A DNA stretch of 64,000 bases from Aplysia californica (Eukaryota). The position numbers and the translations under genes were made by a program. Numbering within the stretch: position 1 is the first letter of the stretch; the number at the start of each line of letters is the position of its first letter. Below the pieces are notes generated by a model that had not been told where the DNA came from, made no database searches, and saw nothing but the letters and a program-made list of their open reading frames with translations. The DNA lies in the NCBI RefSeq assembly GCF_000002075.1, contig NW_004798544.1, positions 1 to 64,000 of the forward strand, read 5' to 3'. Shown here piece after piece: positions 1 to 13,540 of the stretch.

Positions 1-1274
1 CTGCCCTCCCTCAAGGCTTTGAGCAGCGTTCGTTAATAATTCGATGGTAACCAACGTGGTCGAGATGTGTGGTAGTGGTAATTCATTATTAGCTTTCAAG
101 ATTGATCGCAGGTAAACAGTGACCAACCAGCGGTCAAACATTACAGATATAATCATCAGGCAAAAGTCGAGGCCTGTAGACTGGAGAGCCTTTGCGGCGA
201 TTATTATTATCAGCATCACTCTAGTGGGTTGTTTACCTCAAAGATCGCATAAGATTATCTACATACTAATGTGCGTCACTTCCTAAAGTAAGAGCTATCC
301 GTAGTCTGTCAAGGAGCAATGACCTCGTTATTTCTTATTTATACTTTAGTTTTAGTGAGCGTTTTAAGCACTTGCAATACAATTAGGGCCTGTACGTGCC
401 GAAGATTAAAAGTGTTGCAAGAGAGTAACAAACACGAAAAAAGAAAGCGGAGAGGACGACAGATGAAATTAATAGAGAAAAAAGAAGCAAACTACACCAG
501 AGCAACCGCCAACCACCCACATTAATATTTCGAAACTATTGCATCGAGAAGGAGGTTTGCTTCTTTTCTCACCGAGTTGTTCATTTACAACAATATTTGT
601 TTCCTCTCCCACTCTTCACTCACTATTTTATATACTCGAACCTTTTCAAGACAAACCACCCAGTGTCGAAATTAACGTCTTAGATAGGAGGTCTTCACGG
701 GAAGGTCAGGAGTAAATAAAGAGGGAAAAAATTCTTTTCTGAGGATTCAATCGCCAGTGGTCACAGGCTTAAGACTGCGGACTTCATGTCTATTAGACTT
801 TTTTCTTTTTTTTAAAGGGACGAAAGTGGGAAACCGAGATTTGGGGTTTTGACGCCTCATTCACAGCTTATTACATTTATAATAGGTAACTGTTAAGATA
901 TCGAGTGGTGAGATATTTGCGAGGTCGTCTTGTTTGTTTTGTGAGTTGTTAGCTGGTTAAGTAAAGCGGTAGCGTTGGACAGATACGTCTTGGAATTGGA
1001 TAGTTGCATTATATATTTATTCTAAAAACGTAGAGGAGATTGAATTTTTATATTTTTAAAAATTTATTTTTTTGGGGTTTTTTTGGGGGGGGGGCATTTG
1101 TATAGGTGGTCGCTAGACAAGGTTGGGCTGTATAAGATAAATCACTGTGTAAAACAGTGCCTTTCGCACAATAATGCTAATCCCGAATCATATCACAAGC
1201 GAAAAAAGCATTATATCCATCTTATTGTACCCAACACTGTCCGCATGCTATCTACTTTTTTTTTTATCTCTTTT

Positions 1275-1830
1275 GGTAAGTGTTTTACGGCTTACGGCGC
1301 TCGTAACTGCATAAGGTCACATGAGCGCTCGGGACACGTTCAACATGTTCAGTTGCTACGACATTTTGAGTGTTGCCAGGGTGGGGGCGAAACTACTCTT
1401 TTCGATTTTGGTCCACAAAATGATATTTAACGTGTGCAACCTGCACACGGAACCTCCGAGATTTTTCGCTCTTGTCCGAGAAGGCTAGGTGTAAATCTTT
1501 CCTACTATAATGAGATCAGGGGTATGGCTGAAAGACAGCAGTAAGACAGCAGTAAGTACTGTAAGACAGCAGTAAGAAGGGGCCAAGGAGTAGCAGTGGA
1601 AAGAAAGGCTGCAGAAAGAGCCAGGATCAAAGAGGAGGGGGCAAAGGAGATGAGGGGGTGGGGGGCAGAAAATGGAGACGGAAGCAGACGACAAAACATA
1701 GCTAGAGAGCAGGAAAGGAGGTGAAAGGAGACCATTTTAGAGAAGAAAATTTTCTGTCGCTATCCTGGTTCAAACCCGGGACCTATTGAATGAGAGGCGA
1801 ACACCTTAACCTCTAGGCCACGAGAGCCCC
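1275..1830 (-). mobile_element. tRNA-headed SINE with a Nin/Deu-like central domain (family D)
   Basis: tRNA-like head at 1830-1755. The minus strand of ~1485-1370 reads CTTCTCGGACAAGAGCGAAAAATCTCGGAGGTTCCGTGTG...CACGTTAAATATC...GAAAAGAGTAG, resembling the Deu/Nin core (CTTCGGATGAGACGTAAAACCGAGGTCC...TTAAAGATCCC...AAGAGTAG). The shared stem-loop tail is at 1330-1285. Confidence 0.6.
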
Positions 1831-2912
1831 CTCGTGCTATCTACTTCGAGAATAACGCCACAGTGTACGTGGTGTAGCGGCGCCGTCGCACACCGGTGAG
1901 CTCAGGCCTATATCTCTCATCAAAACCCGTCTCCCAAATAAGGAGGAGCAGGTTTTCCACCCTAGCTGCCAGGGCCAACCAACCCAGGCTGAGAGGGATA
2001 CAACCCTCAGCAGGAAGGCCGAGATAGCTAATACAAATTCTCCCCACGCGGGATTCGAACTCAAGTCTTCTGCAATGGCAAAGTGCCTGACCATGACCCC
2101 ACAGACGCTGGTCAACTGGGGTGTCTTTCACTGTCAGCGTAGACTGAAAGACGACATTGTAGTATGCTCTTATGAAACACTCGAGCGTGAAGTTAGAAAT
2201 CGGATTTTTCCGAGTTTCAGGCAAAAGTGTACAAGTATTATAATTGTAAATGATTTACGCCTTCTTCTAAACAACTGATATCACAGGGTCAGGGTCAACC
2301 CCGGCTGAGAGGGAAGCAACGTCATCAGAGACGGACGGAGATACTTGATTTTTTTTTAAAAAGCCTTTCCCCATATAGGAATCGAACTCAAGTCTTCGGC
2401 ATGCAACGGCCAAGTGTCTAATCGATAAACACATGTTTAGCAAGCGATTAGACTGTTCGCCAGTTCCATTCCCGTAAGGAGATTTTCCCATACGTATAGA
2501 GTTTTCCCCATAAGTATGGAGTTTTTCCTCAGGAATGGAACTCAAGTCTTCTGCGCCCAATGACTCCATACGGGAATGGAACTCAAGTCATCTGCGTGCG
2601 ATGGCGAACCGTCTAATCGCTAAACACCACAGACGAGTCTCAAATTCAGTCCATGGACCACAATCGGATGAACTGTGAAAGGAGAAGTGCACTGAGGGCA
2701 AGCCTTTATTTATATAAACACAGAGTAGCAGCGAGTCAGCAAGGGTTCAGTAGGTCGATTCCCCGGACCGCCGGTGACTGGTATTGTTTCTGTAGCGGGG
2801 ACAGGCCAGGGATTTTGTCCTCCGACCACGTTGACGCATGCTGCAGTCGCGTGGCCAGACACGTGAATTATTGGGACATCGGGAGTGACTGACACGTAAT
2901 ACTTATATCACT

Positions 2913-2915
<3 letters not shown>

Positions 2916-2973
<58 letters not shown>
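2916..2973. repeat. (CA)n microsatellite
   Basis: Read directly. Others: (TG)n 3916-3990, (TAA/TTA)n 6287-6345, (GA)n 7069-7100 and 25559-25608, (TAG)n 27901-27965, (GTCT)n 43032-43078. Confidence 0.95.
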
Positions 2974-2974
<1 letters not shown>

Positions 2975-3419
2975 ATATTTTTGCAATACTTTTTCGAAGT
3001 TGTAGTAGTATGTTACAAAAAGGGCATTACCCTCGAGACGAAGGGTCTTTTCTGCCTTAGGCCTACTTGTGGCTAGCAAAAATAAACCTATTTATAGCAC
3101 AGTCCCACTTGCTTTCCAGTCAGTAGTCAAACATAATAAACATTGTCTTACGGTCAGAAACATCCCCGTGGCAATGTGACTGTCTTCACTGTCGTTTATA
3201 ACAAAATATGTTATTTTACCTCTCCCTATTTCAAATTCCACGAACTCCGACCATCCGTTTCCCAGTCCAGCATGATAGCAATTGGGCTGTGGGTGAGCCC
3301 CTTGTTATTCTCAGTCAATAATTTCTTGTTTTTGTTTTAATAAGAGTTTTACGGCATTTTTAACGCAAGGTCATATTAGTGCCGAAGATTATAGAGTAAA
3401 AATACAACAACAAAAAAAG

Positions 3420-3917
3420 AGGAGACAATGACAAGGTAGGAAAGAAGGAGCCAACCATACCAGAGCACTCGCCAAGTAATACTGACAAAAACTATGCAGC
3501 TCGTGACATTGCTAGATTGCAAAATGGTGGTTGCGTATGTGCCAGCCGAGTTAAATCAGTCTTTCGTTAGCTAAATCGGGTTTTTTTTTTCGCCGCCATT
3601 GACACAAATAAGATCATTTAGGAGGCGCGCTTCCGACCCTACGTAGTGCCTGTATGGGGCAACTCGGTCTTGGAGGGACCCGAGAGTTGGAGGAACACAG
3701 CATTCCAGCAGAAAGAGACATTCGATTAAAATTTCTCCCTACTCGGGAATCGAACTCGGTTCTTCTGCGTGCGACAGTGAAGCGTCTAACCGATACACCA
3801 CAGACGCCGGTGAAAGCAGTCTAATAAACCTCAAATGCTTTCAGCAACACTTATGATCAGGTCTTGACTTTCCAATTTAACGGTCCGGCCCAAGTTCGTA
3901 GATATAAATGTTGCTTG

Positions 3918-3977
<60 letters not shown>

Positions 3978-5765
3978 CGTGTGTGTGTGTTCGTTTTGTT
4001 CGAGTAAAGAGAAGCTTTTCATCACAATGGGCATAATAAAATAATGGTAATTTCACACAGGGGGAAAGGTAACACAAGCGAGACAGACATGCAGGAAAGA
4101 TAGAGGTTAAGAATAGAAGCAGGACCCACCACTACCCGCCACTACCACCATGGCACCCTTAAACCACTTGCCTACCTTGTGTTATTGTCGTTATATACCA
4201 AAGAGCCGGGAACAACAGAAGTGACCCCAGTCAGTCAGGGTCATTGCTATTTTTACTGCTCACGTAAAAGACTGGACTCTGTGACGTCGCAAGTTCATGG
4301 GTACTTGGACCAACGCATACACGTTCGAATTCCTGACTGGGCGTCTGTGGTGTAGTGGTTAGACGCTTCGAGTTCGATGAGAAGTTTTATCGAGTATCTC
4401 GGTTCCACAGTTGGGATTTTGTATCCCTTTCAGCCCTGGTTGGTTGGCCCAGATAGGCAGGGTCGAAGCCCGCTTCATAAATGACTTAAGTTGTGTTGAT
4501 CTATAACGTACATGTNNNNNNNNNNNNNNNNNNNNNNNNNNNNNNNNNNNNNNNNNNNNNNNNNNNNNNNNNNNNNNNNNNNNNNNNNNNNNNNNNNNNN
4601 NNNNNNNNNNNNNNNGGAGACAATGACAAGGTAGGAAAGAAGGAGCCAACCATACCAGAGCACTCGCCAAGTAATACTGACAAAAACTATGCAGCTCATG
4701 ACATTGCTAGATTGCAAAATGGTGGTTGCGTATGTGCCAGCCGAGTTAAATCAGTCTTTCGTTAGCTAAATCGGGTTTTTTTTTTCGCCGCCATTGACAC
4801 AAATAAGATCATTTAGGAGGCGCGCTTCCGACCCTACGTAGTGCCTGTATGGGGCAACTCGGTCTTGGAGGGACCCGAGAGTTGGAGGAACACAGCATTC
4901 CAGCAGAAAGAGACATTCGATTAAAATTTCTCCCTACTCGGGAATCGAACTCGGTTCTTCTGCGTGCGACAGTGAAGCGTCTAACCGATACACCACAGAC
5001 GCCGGTGAAAGCAGTCTACTAATAAACCTCAACTGCTTTCAGCAACACTTATGATCAGGTCTTGACTTTCCAATTTAACGGTCCCGCCCAAGTTCNNNNN
5101 NNNNNNNNNNNNNNNNNNNNNNNNNNNNNNNNNNNNNNNNNNNNNNNNNNNNNNNNNNNNNNNNNNNNNNNNNNNNNNNNNNNNNNNNNNNNNNNNNNNN
5201 NNNNNNNNNNNNNNNNNNNNNNNNNNNNNNNNNNNNNNNNNNNNNNNNNNNNNNNAAAGAGAAGCTTTTCATCACAATGGGCATAATAAAATAATGGTAA
5301 TTTCACACAGGGGGAAAGGCAACACAAGCGAGACAGACATGTAGGAAAGATAGAGGTTAAGAATAGAAGCAGGACCCACCACTACCCGCCACTACCACCA
5401 TGGCACCCTTAAACCACTTGCCTACCTTGTGTTATTGTCGTTATATACCAAAGAGCCGGGAACAACAGAAGTGACCCCAGTCAGTCAGGGTCATTGCTAT
5501 TTTTACTGCTCACGTAAAAGACTGGACTCTGTGACGTCGCAAGTTCATGGGTACTTGGACCAACGCATACAAGTTCGAATTCCTGACTGGGCGTCTGTGG
5601 TGTAGTGGTTAGACGCTTCGAGTTCGATGAGAAGTTTTATCGAGTATCTCGGTTCCACAGTTGGGATTTTGTATCCCTTTCAGCCCTGGTTGGTTGGCCC
5701 AGATAGGCAGGGTCGAAGCCCGCTTCATAAATGACTTAAGTTGTGTTGATCTATAACGTACATGT
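3420..5765. repeat. ~1.1-kb near-identical direct duplication across a 100-N gap (probable uncollapsed haplotypes)
   Basis: 3420-4515 is about equal to 4616-5765 with a few SNPs. The same pattern occurs at 6613-6968 / 7120-7468 and 14341-14379 / 14480-14518. Confidence 0.85.
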
Positions 5766-7068
5766 TATTAAGCAGGCCTATAATTTTTTTAAAAATNNNN
5801 NNNNNNNNNNNNNNNNNNNNNNNNNNNNNNNNNNNNNNNNNNNNNNNNNNNNNNNNNNNNNNNNNNNNNNNNNNNNNNNNNNNNNNNNNNNNNNNNNNNN
5901 NNNNNNNNNNNNNNNNNNNNNNNNNNNNNNNNNNNNNNNNNNNNNNNNNNNNNNNNNNNNNNNNNNNNNNNNNNNNNNNNNNNNNNNNNNNNNNNNNNNN
6001 NNNNNNNNNNNNNNNNNNNNNNNNNNNNNNNNNNNNNNNNNNNNNNNNNNNNNNNNNNNNNNNNNNNNNNNNNNNNNNNNNNNNNNNNNNNNNNNNACAT
6101 ATTATATCCACGCTCTGTGAACTTTACAACTGTATATATTAGGTCTATGAAGCTGGCAATGAATGAAAAACTCTCGAGCTAGATCTATAGCCTACTTACT
6201 ACCGTAGAGCTGGTAATCTCTTTGACCTACTTTGTAGCACAGTCAGAAAGTGCACGCCGTCAGCTGAGTCCATGGGCCGCTAGATTATAATAATAATAAT
6301 AATTATTATTAATTATTGTTATTATTATTATCATTATTATTATTATATACTCACTGTACTGTATACAGTGCGAACCCGCTCTAACGGTCACCTGTATAAG
6401 ACAATCACCTGTTTAAACAGCCACTNNNNNNNNNNNNNNNNNNNNNNNNNNNNNNNNNNNNNNNNNNNNNNNNNNNNNNNNNNNNNNNNNNNNNNNNNNN
6501 NNNNNNNNNNNNNNNNNNNNNNNNNNNNNNNNNNNNNNNNNNNNNNNNNNNNNNNNNNNNNNNNNNNNNNNNNNNNNNNNNNNNNNNNNNNNNNNNNNNN
6601 NNNNNNNNNNNNAAATTGAAATCAATAAGAAGATGTAAAAACGATCTCTGATTTGTAAGAATGGAATGTACGAGAGGCCTTTTTTTTGCACGACCTTAAC
6701 CACCCTTTTAATATAGAGTAATATAAGATCTAGATCTAAGTATTACTATTACTATAATCTTTAAAAGTATCATGTACTATCAGAAAACCATAGGGTTACT
6801 ATCAGAAAACTGATTACATATCTAGATTTAACATTTTTATGGTAAACAATTTTTAAAAATTTGTATACTAGATCTCACTATGGGTTTGTTTGAGAATGCA
6901 AGCGTCATTTGTATTATGCAGGTAGACTATGTGTACAGATGTGTGTGGAAGAGATGTGTGGGAGAGTGNNNNNNNNNNNNNNNNNNNNNNNNNNNNNNNN
7001 NNNNNNNNNNNNNNNNNNNNNNNNNNNNNNNNNNNNNNNNNNNNNNNNNNNNNNNNNNNNNNNNNNNN

Positions 7069-7103
<35 letters not shown>

Positions 7104-10100
7104 AATTCCTTGTTCTCTCAAATTGAAATCAATAAGGATGTAAACGATCTCTGATTTGTAAGAATGGAATGTACAAGAGGCCTTTTTTTTGCACGACCTT
7201 AACCACCCTTTAATATAAAGTAATATAAGATCTAGATCTAAGTATTACTATTACTATAATCTTTAAAGTATCATGTACTATCAGAAAACCATAGGGTTAC
7301 TATCAGAAAACTGATTACATATCTAGATTTAACATTTTTATGGTAAACAATTTTTAAAAATGTGTATACTAGATCTCACTGTGGGTTTGTTTGAGAATGC
7401 AAGCGTCATTTGTATTATGCAGGTAGACTATGTGTACAGATGTGTGTGGAAGAGATGTGTGGGAGAGTGTGCACGTGTGTACGTGTGTGTGCGTGTTTGC
7501 TNNNNNNNNNNNNNNNNNNNNNNNNNNNNNNNNNNNNNNNNNNNNNNNNNNNNNNNNNNNNNNNNNNNNNNNNNNNNNNNNNNNNNNNNNNNNNNNNNNN
7601 NNNNNNNNNNNNNNNNNNNNNNNNNNNNNNNNNNNNNNNNNNNNNNNNNNCCAAACAAGTTCCTCACAAATGTTCTCCCCCCCCCTCCCCTCAGGAATCG
7701 AACTCGTGTCTCCTGCGTGCGACAGTCAAGCGCCTAACCGTCATACCACAAACGCCGGTTTTCATCAACAATAAGTGCATTTGGGTAACCAGTCATTGTG
7801 ACGAAAGAACTCAACGTTTTGCTTTTGATTCTTCCTCCAAGCAGCAAGCTTTGTTCTTTCCCTAGATCTATTTCTGGTAACAGTAATTTAGGATAACTTC
7901 ATAACCTGTTTGCCCTTTCATTGGGTCAAAATGATCGTGGAACTTGATGTCAACTTCTTATTGACAACATCTGCTGCACACAATACAGTGCAGTTCATAC
8001 GCATTTCTTTTGTTTATCCGTTTTTTCTTGTAATCTGCTCACAGACCGGAAAGGTCTCTTTGACAATACATAAAACAAAACAAAACGAAACAAAACAAAA
8101 CAAAACAAAACAACAGCTTCAACATGTCAACAACAACATTAATTATAATATTCAGTGCACAGCATGACTGCAGCAAGGACAGATCTGATGTTCTGCATCC
8201 TCGAGTTAAAACATTGATTGTGGACAAAGTTTCGCTTGCCTGAAAACAGCTGAGACCATTCACAATGTGTAGCTTGCTCTCTAGATCGGTTACCTCCAGT
8301 ACTTGACAAGCAAGTTCACAACGATGGCTAGAATACATGTAGTTTTATTTTATGTCATGGTTGTGGGATCTGGATATCCCATCATGCCGAATGCCGGTTG
8401 TTGTTGGCGTTCTTGCTACGTTGGAAACTGTCTAAGACGGCAACCCATCGTCCGCCTTCGACGCGTAGATTCTACTCCATTTACACAGTGTCGTTTTTGT
8501 TTTTTTGGACAACAAACAAAAAAGCCCCACAAAACAAAACATTAAAAAAACGGAAGGGGCTGAGGGTGGGAAGTGGCCTTTTACATTGGTGACATCATAT
8601 TGTACAGGTGTTTGTTAGAGCACCTTCGACTCTATACATGTACTTGTATCGATCGATGGCAGCAAAAAACTCCAACCAAAACGGCGTCTGTGGTGTAGCA
8701 GTTAGGCGCATCGCTGTCATACGCAGGAGACCCGAGTTCGATTCCCTAGCGGGAAGAACATTTTTATTGAGTACCTCGGTCTTTCTGCTGAAAAAATGCC
8801 CCCGCCTAAGTCCAGCTTGGCCTCGACAGGCAGGGTCAGAAGCCTACCTCGTGTGATTAAAATTATGTCAATTCTTTAATTGTTTTTTTTTGGGGGGGGA
8901 GGGGTTGCGGAGGGGGAGCTAAAAATAAACACCTACATTACAACAAAAAAACCCGAACAACATTGGACGGTGCACTTTACTTTATCCAGGGCCACTGTCC
9001 ACTAATGGTAGCAATACTATCGAACCTGTCAAAGACGACCACCCTTGTCGAGCAGAAAAGTTTTTTAATCTCAGACAGGTGGTCCTCTTGCACACTGTCA
9101 TTATAATATATATTATATTGAAAAAAACAACAACAAAAAAACGCAAGGAGAGTGGGAAGAGGTCGTTTGTCCAGTTGATTGTCTAGCACAGGTGGTGTGG
9201 TCGTTAGGGAAAGTTCGACTTTAATGTGCACAGATTGTTCGGGGAGGGAGAGGGGTACAATCATATTACATGTATTTGGGGTTAAAATTCATTCAAGAAA
9301 GTTTCCGTTTGACACTCTACAAAAAGCAGCCCATGTCCCGATTTGATTCTAAAGACATGATTATTTAATTGTTATGGTGGTTAGTCTCCGCCACGCTTTA
9401 TTGTCGTTGCACCAACCACCTGCAAGCCCTAAGTCAAGGTCCCCGCAGCTCACATCCAGCCAGAGATATATTATGTGTAGAATCTACAATGTATTATATA
9501 TTATAAATTTTAATATACGGTGTATAAGTGCAGACTTGATTTTGTGGCTGGTGCGATAAAGGTCAGCCTTGGTTAAATAAACAGTAAACATTTCCCGCCT
9601 GTGACACAGATAAACAGAGGCGGCAAGTTCAAGAGCAGTGGTCACAAAGCACGCTTGAATCACATGTGACTATTTCCCTTTCTGACTCAACTAAAATTTC
9701 AAAAGAATAGGCCTACAATGTCACCTAATATTCAAGCCACAGTTTTTATGATTTATATAGGCCTAGACTGAGTGTACCCGGACAACTAATAGGCCTCGAG
9801 GATTAGAGGTCAAACAACACAAACACACACACACACACACACACACATAAACAAACACACGTATAATATATTATGTACGTACATTACGAACAAAAGAAGG
9901 AGGGGAGATAAGGACGATATATGTCTGAAAGTGATAATGATAGAAAAGAAGGAGAGAACAACACTAGAGCACCTGCTAACCACCTAATAAGCATGTTTGT
10001 TTCCACGTACAAGTACAATTGTATGTAATAATAAATAAGTCAGACAGAAGGATATGTTTTATTATTCAGCCCCAGCGTTTAGAAGTTTACGGCCCATCCT

Positions 10101-10989
10101 CCATCAATATAGCCTTATACTTATAATACACTCGGGCCCCGTGGCACTTTGTAACAGATTTCTGCTGGTATTATTCTTTCGCGTGTCGCCCTGCACTTGN
10201 NNNNNNNNNNNNNNNNNNNNNNNNNNNNNNNNNNNNNNNNNNNNNNNNNNNNNNNNNNNNNNNNNNNNNNNNNNNNNNNNNNNNNNNNNNNNNNNNNNNA
10301 GGGGGGAGGTGGGGGGAGGGGAGAAGGACAACGGCGTCAAACACCTACATATATATATATAATACAATACAGTCGTCCTTGTCTGTCCTTCTTTGTGTTT
10401 GTCACTCTCTTGTAATTGTAATACAATGTACCTCTAATCTTCGGCACTTGTATGACTTAACTGTGTTCCAAGTGCGGTAAAACTCTTACCAAAACTTTCT
10501 TTGTTCTGTTCATTCTCCCCGAAATGTTTTCTTCCAGTTTCAGTGATTTCCTGCCTGTCGGGAAACGTGTACTTGTAGTCTACCCTGTCATGATGTACAG
10601 GTTACCGGTAATAAAAAAAACACACCAAAAAAACCCCTTGTAGGCTACAACTTTCTTTTTTCTAAATATATCTCGCTCAAAAAGTGTTCTAGAATGCTGT
10701 AACTTGGAACAGACATAATTCATTCAAAAGTAATTTGTTTGACATAAAATTAAAATCTACGAAGAAAAAATTCATTTTGAAAACGGAAGTGACTTTTTTT
10801 TTAAAAGCTCCCAAAAACGCAAATTTCACCAAGTTTTAAAAATCTTGAAAAGGAAGTCGTGAAAAAGATTGGTTAATTTGTTTTCTTTATTTTCTTTTTG
10901 ACATCTTATTTTCCATCCCTGTAACATTTAAACAATATTTGAAGACTTTTACAGAGTATAAAAAAAATTAACGATTTCATTCTGGAATT

Positions 10990-11495
10990 CCTAGAAGCAG
11001 TGCCTTACACGCCCTCCTTTGGACTCGACACATTTTAACGCGTCGTTCAAAATGTTAAATGGCGCCCAAACACAAGGACCTGCTAAACCATGAGTGTGGT
11101 CACATACACTGTACATATATATGAAGTGGCTTCTGGACACAATAGCCAGTGGGGTGCCCAATAGATAGCATTTTTTGGAGTTAACATGATATCCCACAGG
11201 GTGGTAATGGGCTTTGCACTAAACCAAATGTCATCGAGGCAATGATCCCGCTTTTCAAGACAATTGAGGAATCGTGAACACATTGCCACGCTCTGGTCTA
11301 TGTCATCTCGACATGGCGAATATGAAAATGGTACAGTCGTATGTTAAGATCTGCCATGAGAATGCAGACTGTTGAGGTGAAGGAAAGTCCTAGCTACAGA
11401 TTGTCTAAGGACAGATGGGACTCGACTACTAAAATCTGCCCCCATGGTGACGTTTAAAGGGCCGTGCATTGTGCGTGTTCGACCTGAAGTTGTCA
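10990..11495 (-). mobile_element. Decayed Tc1/mariner transposase relic with internal deletion
   Basis: Frameshifted pieces SGRTRT..P.NV, LGLSFTSTVCILMADLNIRLYHF, VAMCSRFL...LDDIWFS, GYHVNSK/NAIYW, KPLH, HGLAGP, then directly HFERRVKMC/VESKGG. This follows the IWFSDEAHF..GYVN..N...WG pattern of Tc1/mariner transposases. Confidence 0.7.
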
Positions 11496-13361
11496 TTTTA
11501 AAGGAATTTTAAAAAATTCTGATTCGCTATAGATCTAGATCCAAACTGACGGAACTTCATTACTTGTCTTATGACACTAAAGGTCTTGAGGGCACCTAAG
11601 CATTCTTTCCGTGCCGTGCGCAGAACTTACGAAATGCCAGGGATGGTGAGTTTGTGGGTAGGTAATGTTCAATGAAAAAAAAAAAAAGCTCTCTGCTCTT
11701 TACTTAACTTAACCATGACCTCTGAAGGCAAACAAAATTTGGGGAAAATAATATCTGCAGACTTCTGTTGAATTGTTAGACTGCTGTAGCTTGCAATAAG
11801 GTGCGATTTTTGCAACTTTTAGTGGTAGGCATAGATCTAATGCGAACAGGTGCGTCATGCTACGAAAATGGAGAGACAATTGAAAATGTTTGTTGTTTTT
11901 AGATGGGATGTATAGAGCAAAACCATTCCATGGACTTATCTAAAATGAATATCAGAATAATTCCTTTTGGCTTCCAAATATTATGTTCAAATATGAAACG
12001 CAGAACTCCAATATGGCGGAAGCAGGGGGAGGGGGGGGGGGGGGGGCTCGTGGGGCTAAAAAGTGGACGTGCACAATTAAGGCAAGCTATCGCATGCTGA
12101 AGATAGTCAAGGGCATAGTACATTGTAAATGAGACGGTGTATAATTTTAGGATCTTTGGGTTGGTGAGGGAGGACCTAGTGCTTTCATTTTTATTCGTTT
12201 CACTTGTTGCTTTGATTTCTAGAACTAAATTTGTGTGTTAGCTAAACATCAATTTCGTTCATCCTGTATTGGAACTGAACACTCAAGTAGTATCTTTCAC
12301 TACTCCACTACAAAACCATTCAAAGGCACAACTCATAGGACGGTCACGTTCACCTCCCTCAGGTTTACGGTCACAGAGTCATTTAAAATAGTGGAAAGAC
12401 AGACAATGAACCAATCACAATTCACTTGAGCACTCCGCTGGATTGCTCCAGGGCTCACATAATATTGCCAAAGAATAGCGTTCGGTCTATTGCGTTTATT
12501 TTTAGACTGCCTACTGTGGGCTATGTTTCGGCACTGTTCGGCAGGAGCACATTTGAGAAGTGCCGTCTTATTAATATTAAGTACCGCCAAACTCGCTACG
12601 AGTGTCGTCATCGCTTAGGTTATCCCCAAGGGCGATTTATAGATCAGGTTACACTGTTGAATATCCTATTATGTTTAGCTAAAGCGCATGGACTTTGGCA
12701 TGGCATAGTAGATGTTTTACGGCGCTATAGACACATAAATGACAGTTATGGCGCCAGTGAGGACCTTGTTTTGATATAATATTTGGCTAGTGTTTGTTTC
12801 TGGCTTCTTTTATTTTATTATTGTGAGTGCTTTACGTAATAGAACATTAAAAAATTTTGGGCGGCACTGCGCGACCGTGCTCCATGGACGAACCGCGCCT
12901 GGGCGGAAGATATTTACAAAACAAGTTGCATGAGTTTTTTGTTTTTTATGACCTTGTACTTGCTGTATACAATTTATTTACGCTTGAAGAATTTGGGGTT
13001 TTGATTTTTTTAACATGACCCCCCCCCCCCCAAAAAAAGGGGGAGGGGGGGGGGCGGGCTGAAAAGGAGTTAGAACTACCAGTAGCACCCGCCAACCACT
13101 TGTGAAACCATCTGACTCGAAGTAGTCTGGTATTGGCATTATAATACATGTAATAGAAAACACGAACGAACAGACAGCGCTAGCGTAGGCTACCCACTGC
13201 CTCTCACCATTACAGCCGTCAAGGTCGCTGCCAGTCGATTTCTTCGTTTCTACATAAGGCAAGGCTAATCGAGACTGCATGATTGGTTCAGATCGATCAG
13301 TCACAAAAATTGAGGCTTAATATTTTTAAAACTTTTACTTTTATTATAATACTCCTGTATA

Positions 13362-13540
13362 CAGTCGAAATTGTCTAAAACTAAAATGGCCACCCATTGC
13401 TGGGGGAAAATGGCCGTCTAAGAGATAGATGACTATCTTATACAATTAATACTGTAAAAACACACAAGGGAAGACATGGGAAATGGACCATTGCACAGGT
13501 CATTATCTTGTACTGGTGGCCGTTAGAGCAGGTTCGGCTG
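13362..13540. mobile_element. Tigger/pogo-like MITE
   Basis: TA|CAGTCGAAATTGTCTAA...TTAGAGCAGGTTCGGCTG|TA. Relatives at approximately 9017-9222, 6365-6425 and 22370-22428. Confidence 0.7.

Noticed and set aside
1755-1830. Functional tRNA gene
   Set aside because: A/B-box-like motifs are present but the stems do not pair into a cloverleaf, and it is attached to a SINE body. The same applies to all family-C heads.
2690-2900. TATA plus E-box/CRE cluster as the promoter of a leftward gene
   Set aside because: The motifs are short and no downstream exon could be supported
4359-7865. ORF-track entries spanning N runs (also 14-15 kb, 19 kb, 23.7 kb, 27.4 kb, 43 kb, 63.6 kb)
   Set aside because: Artefacts of stop-free N gaps and microsatellites
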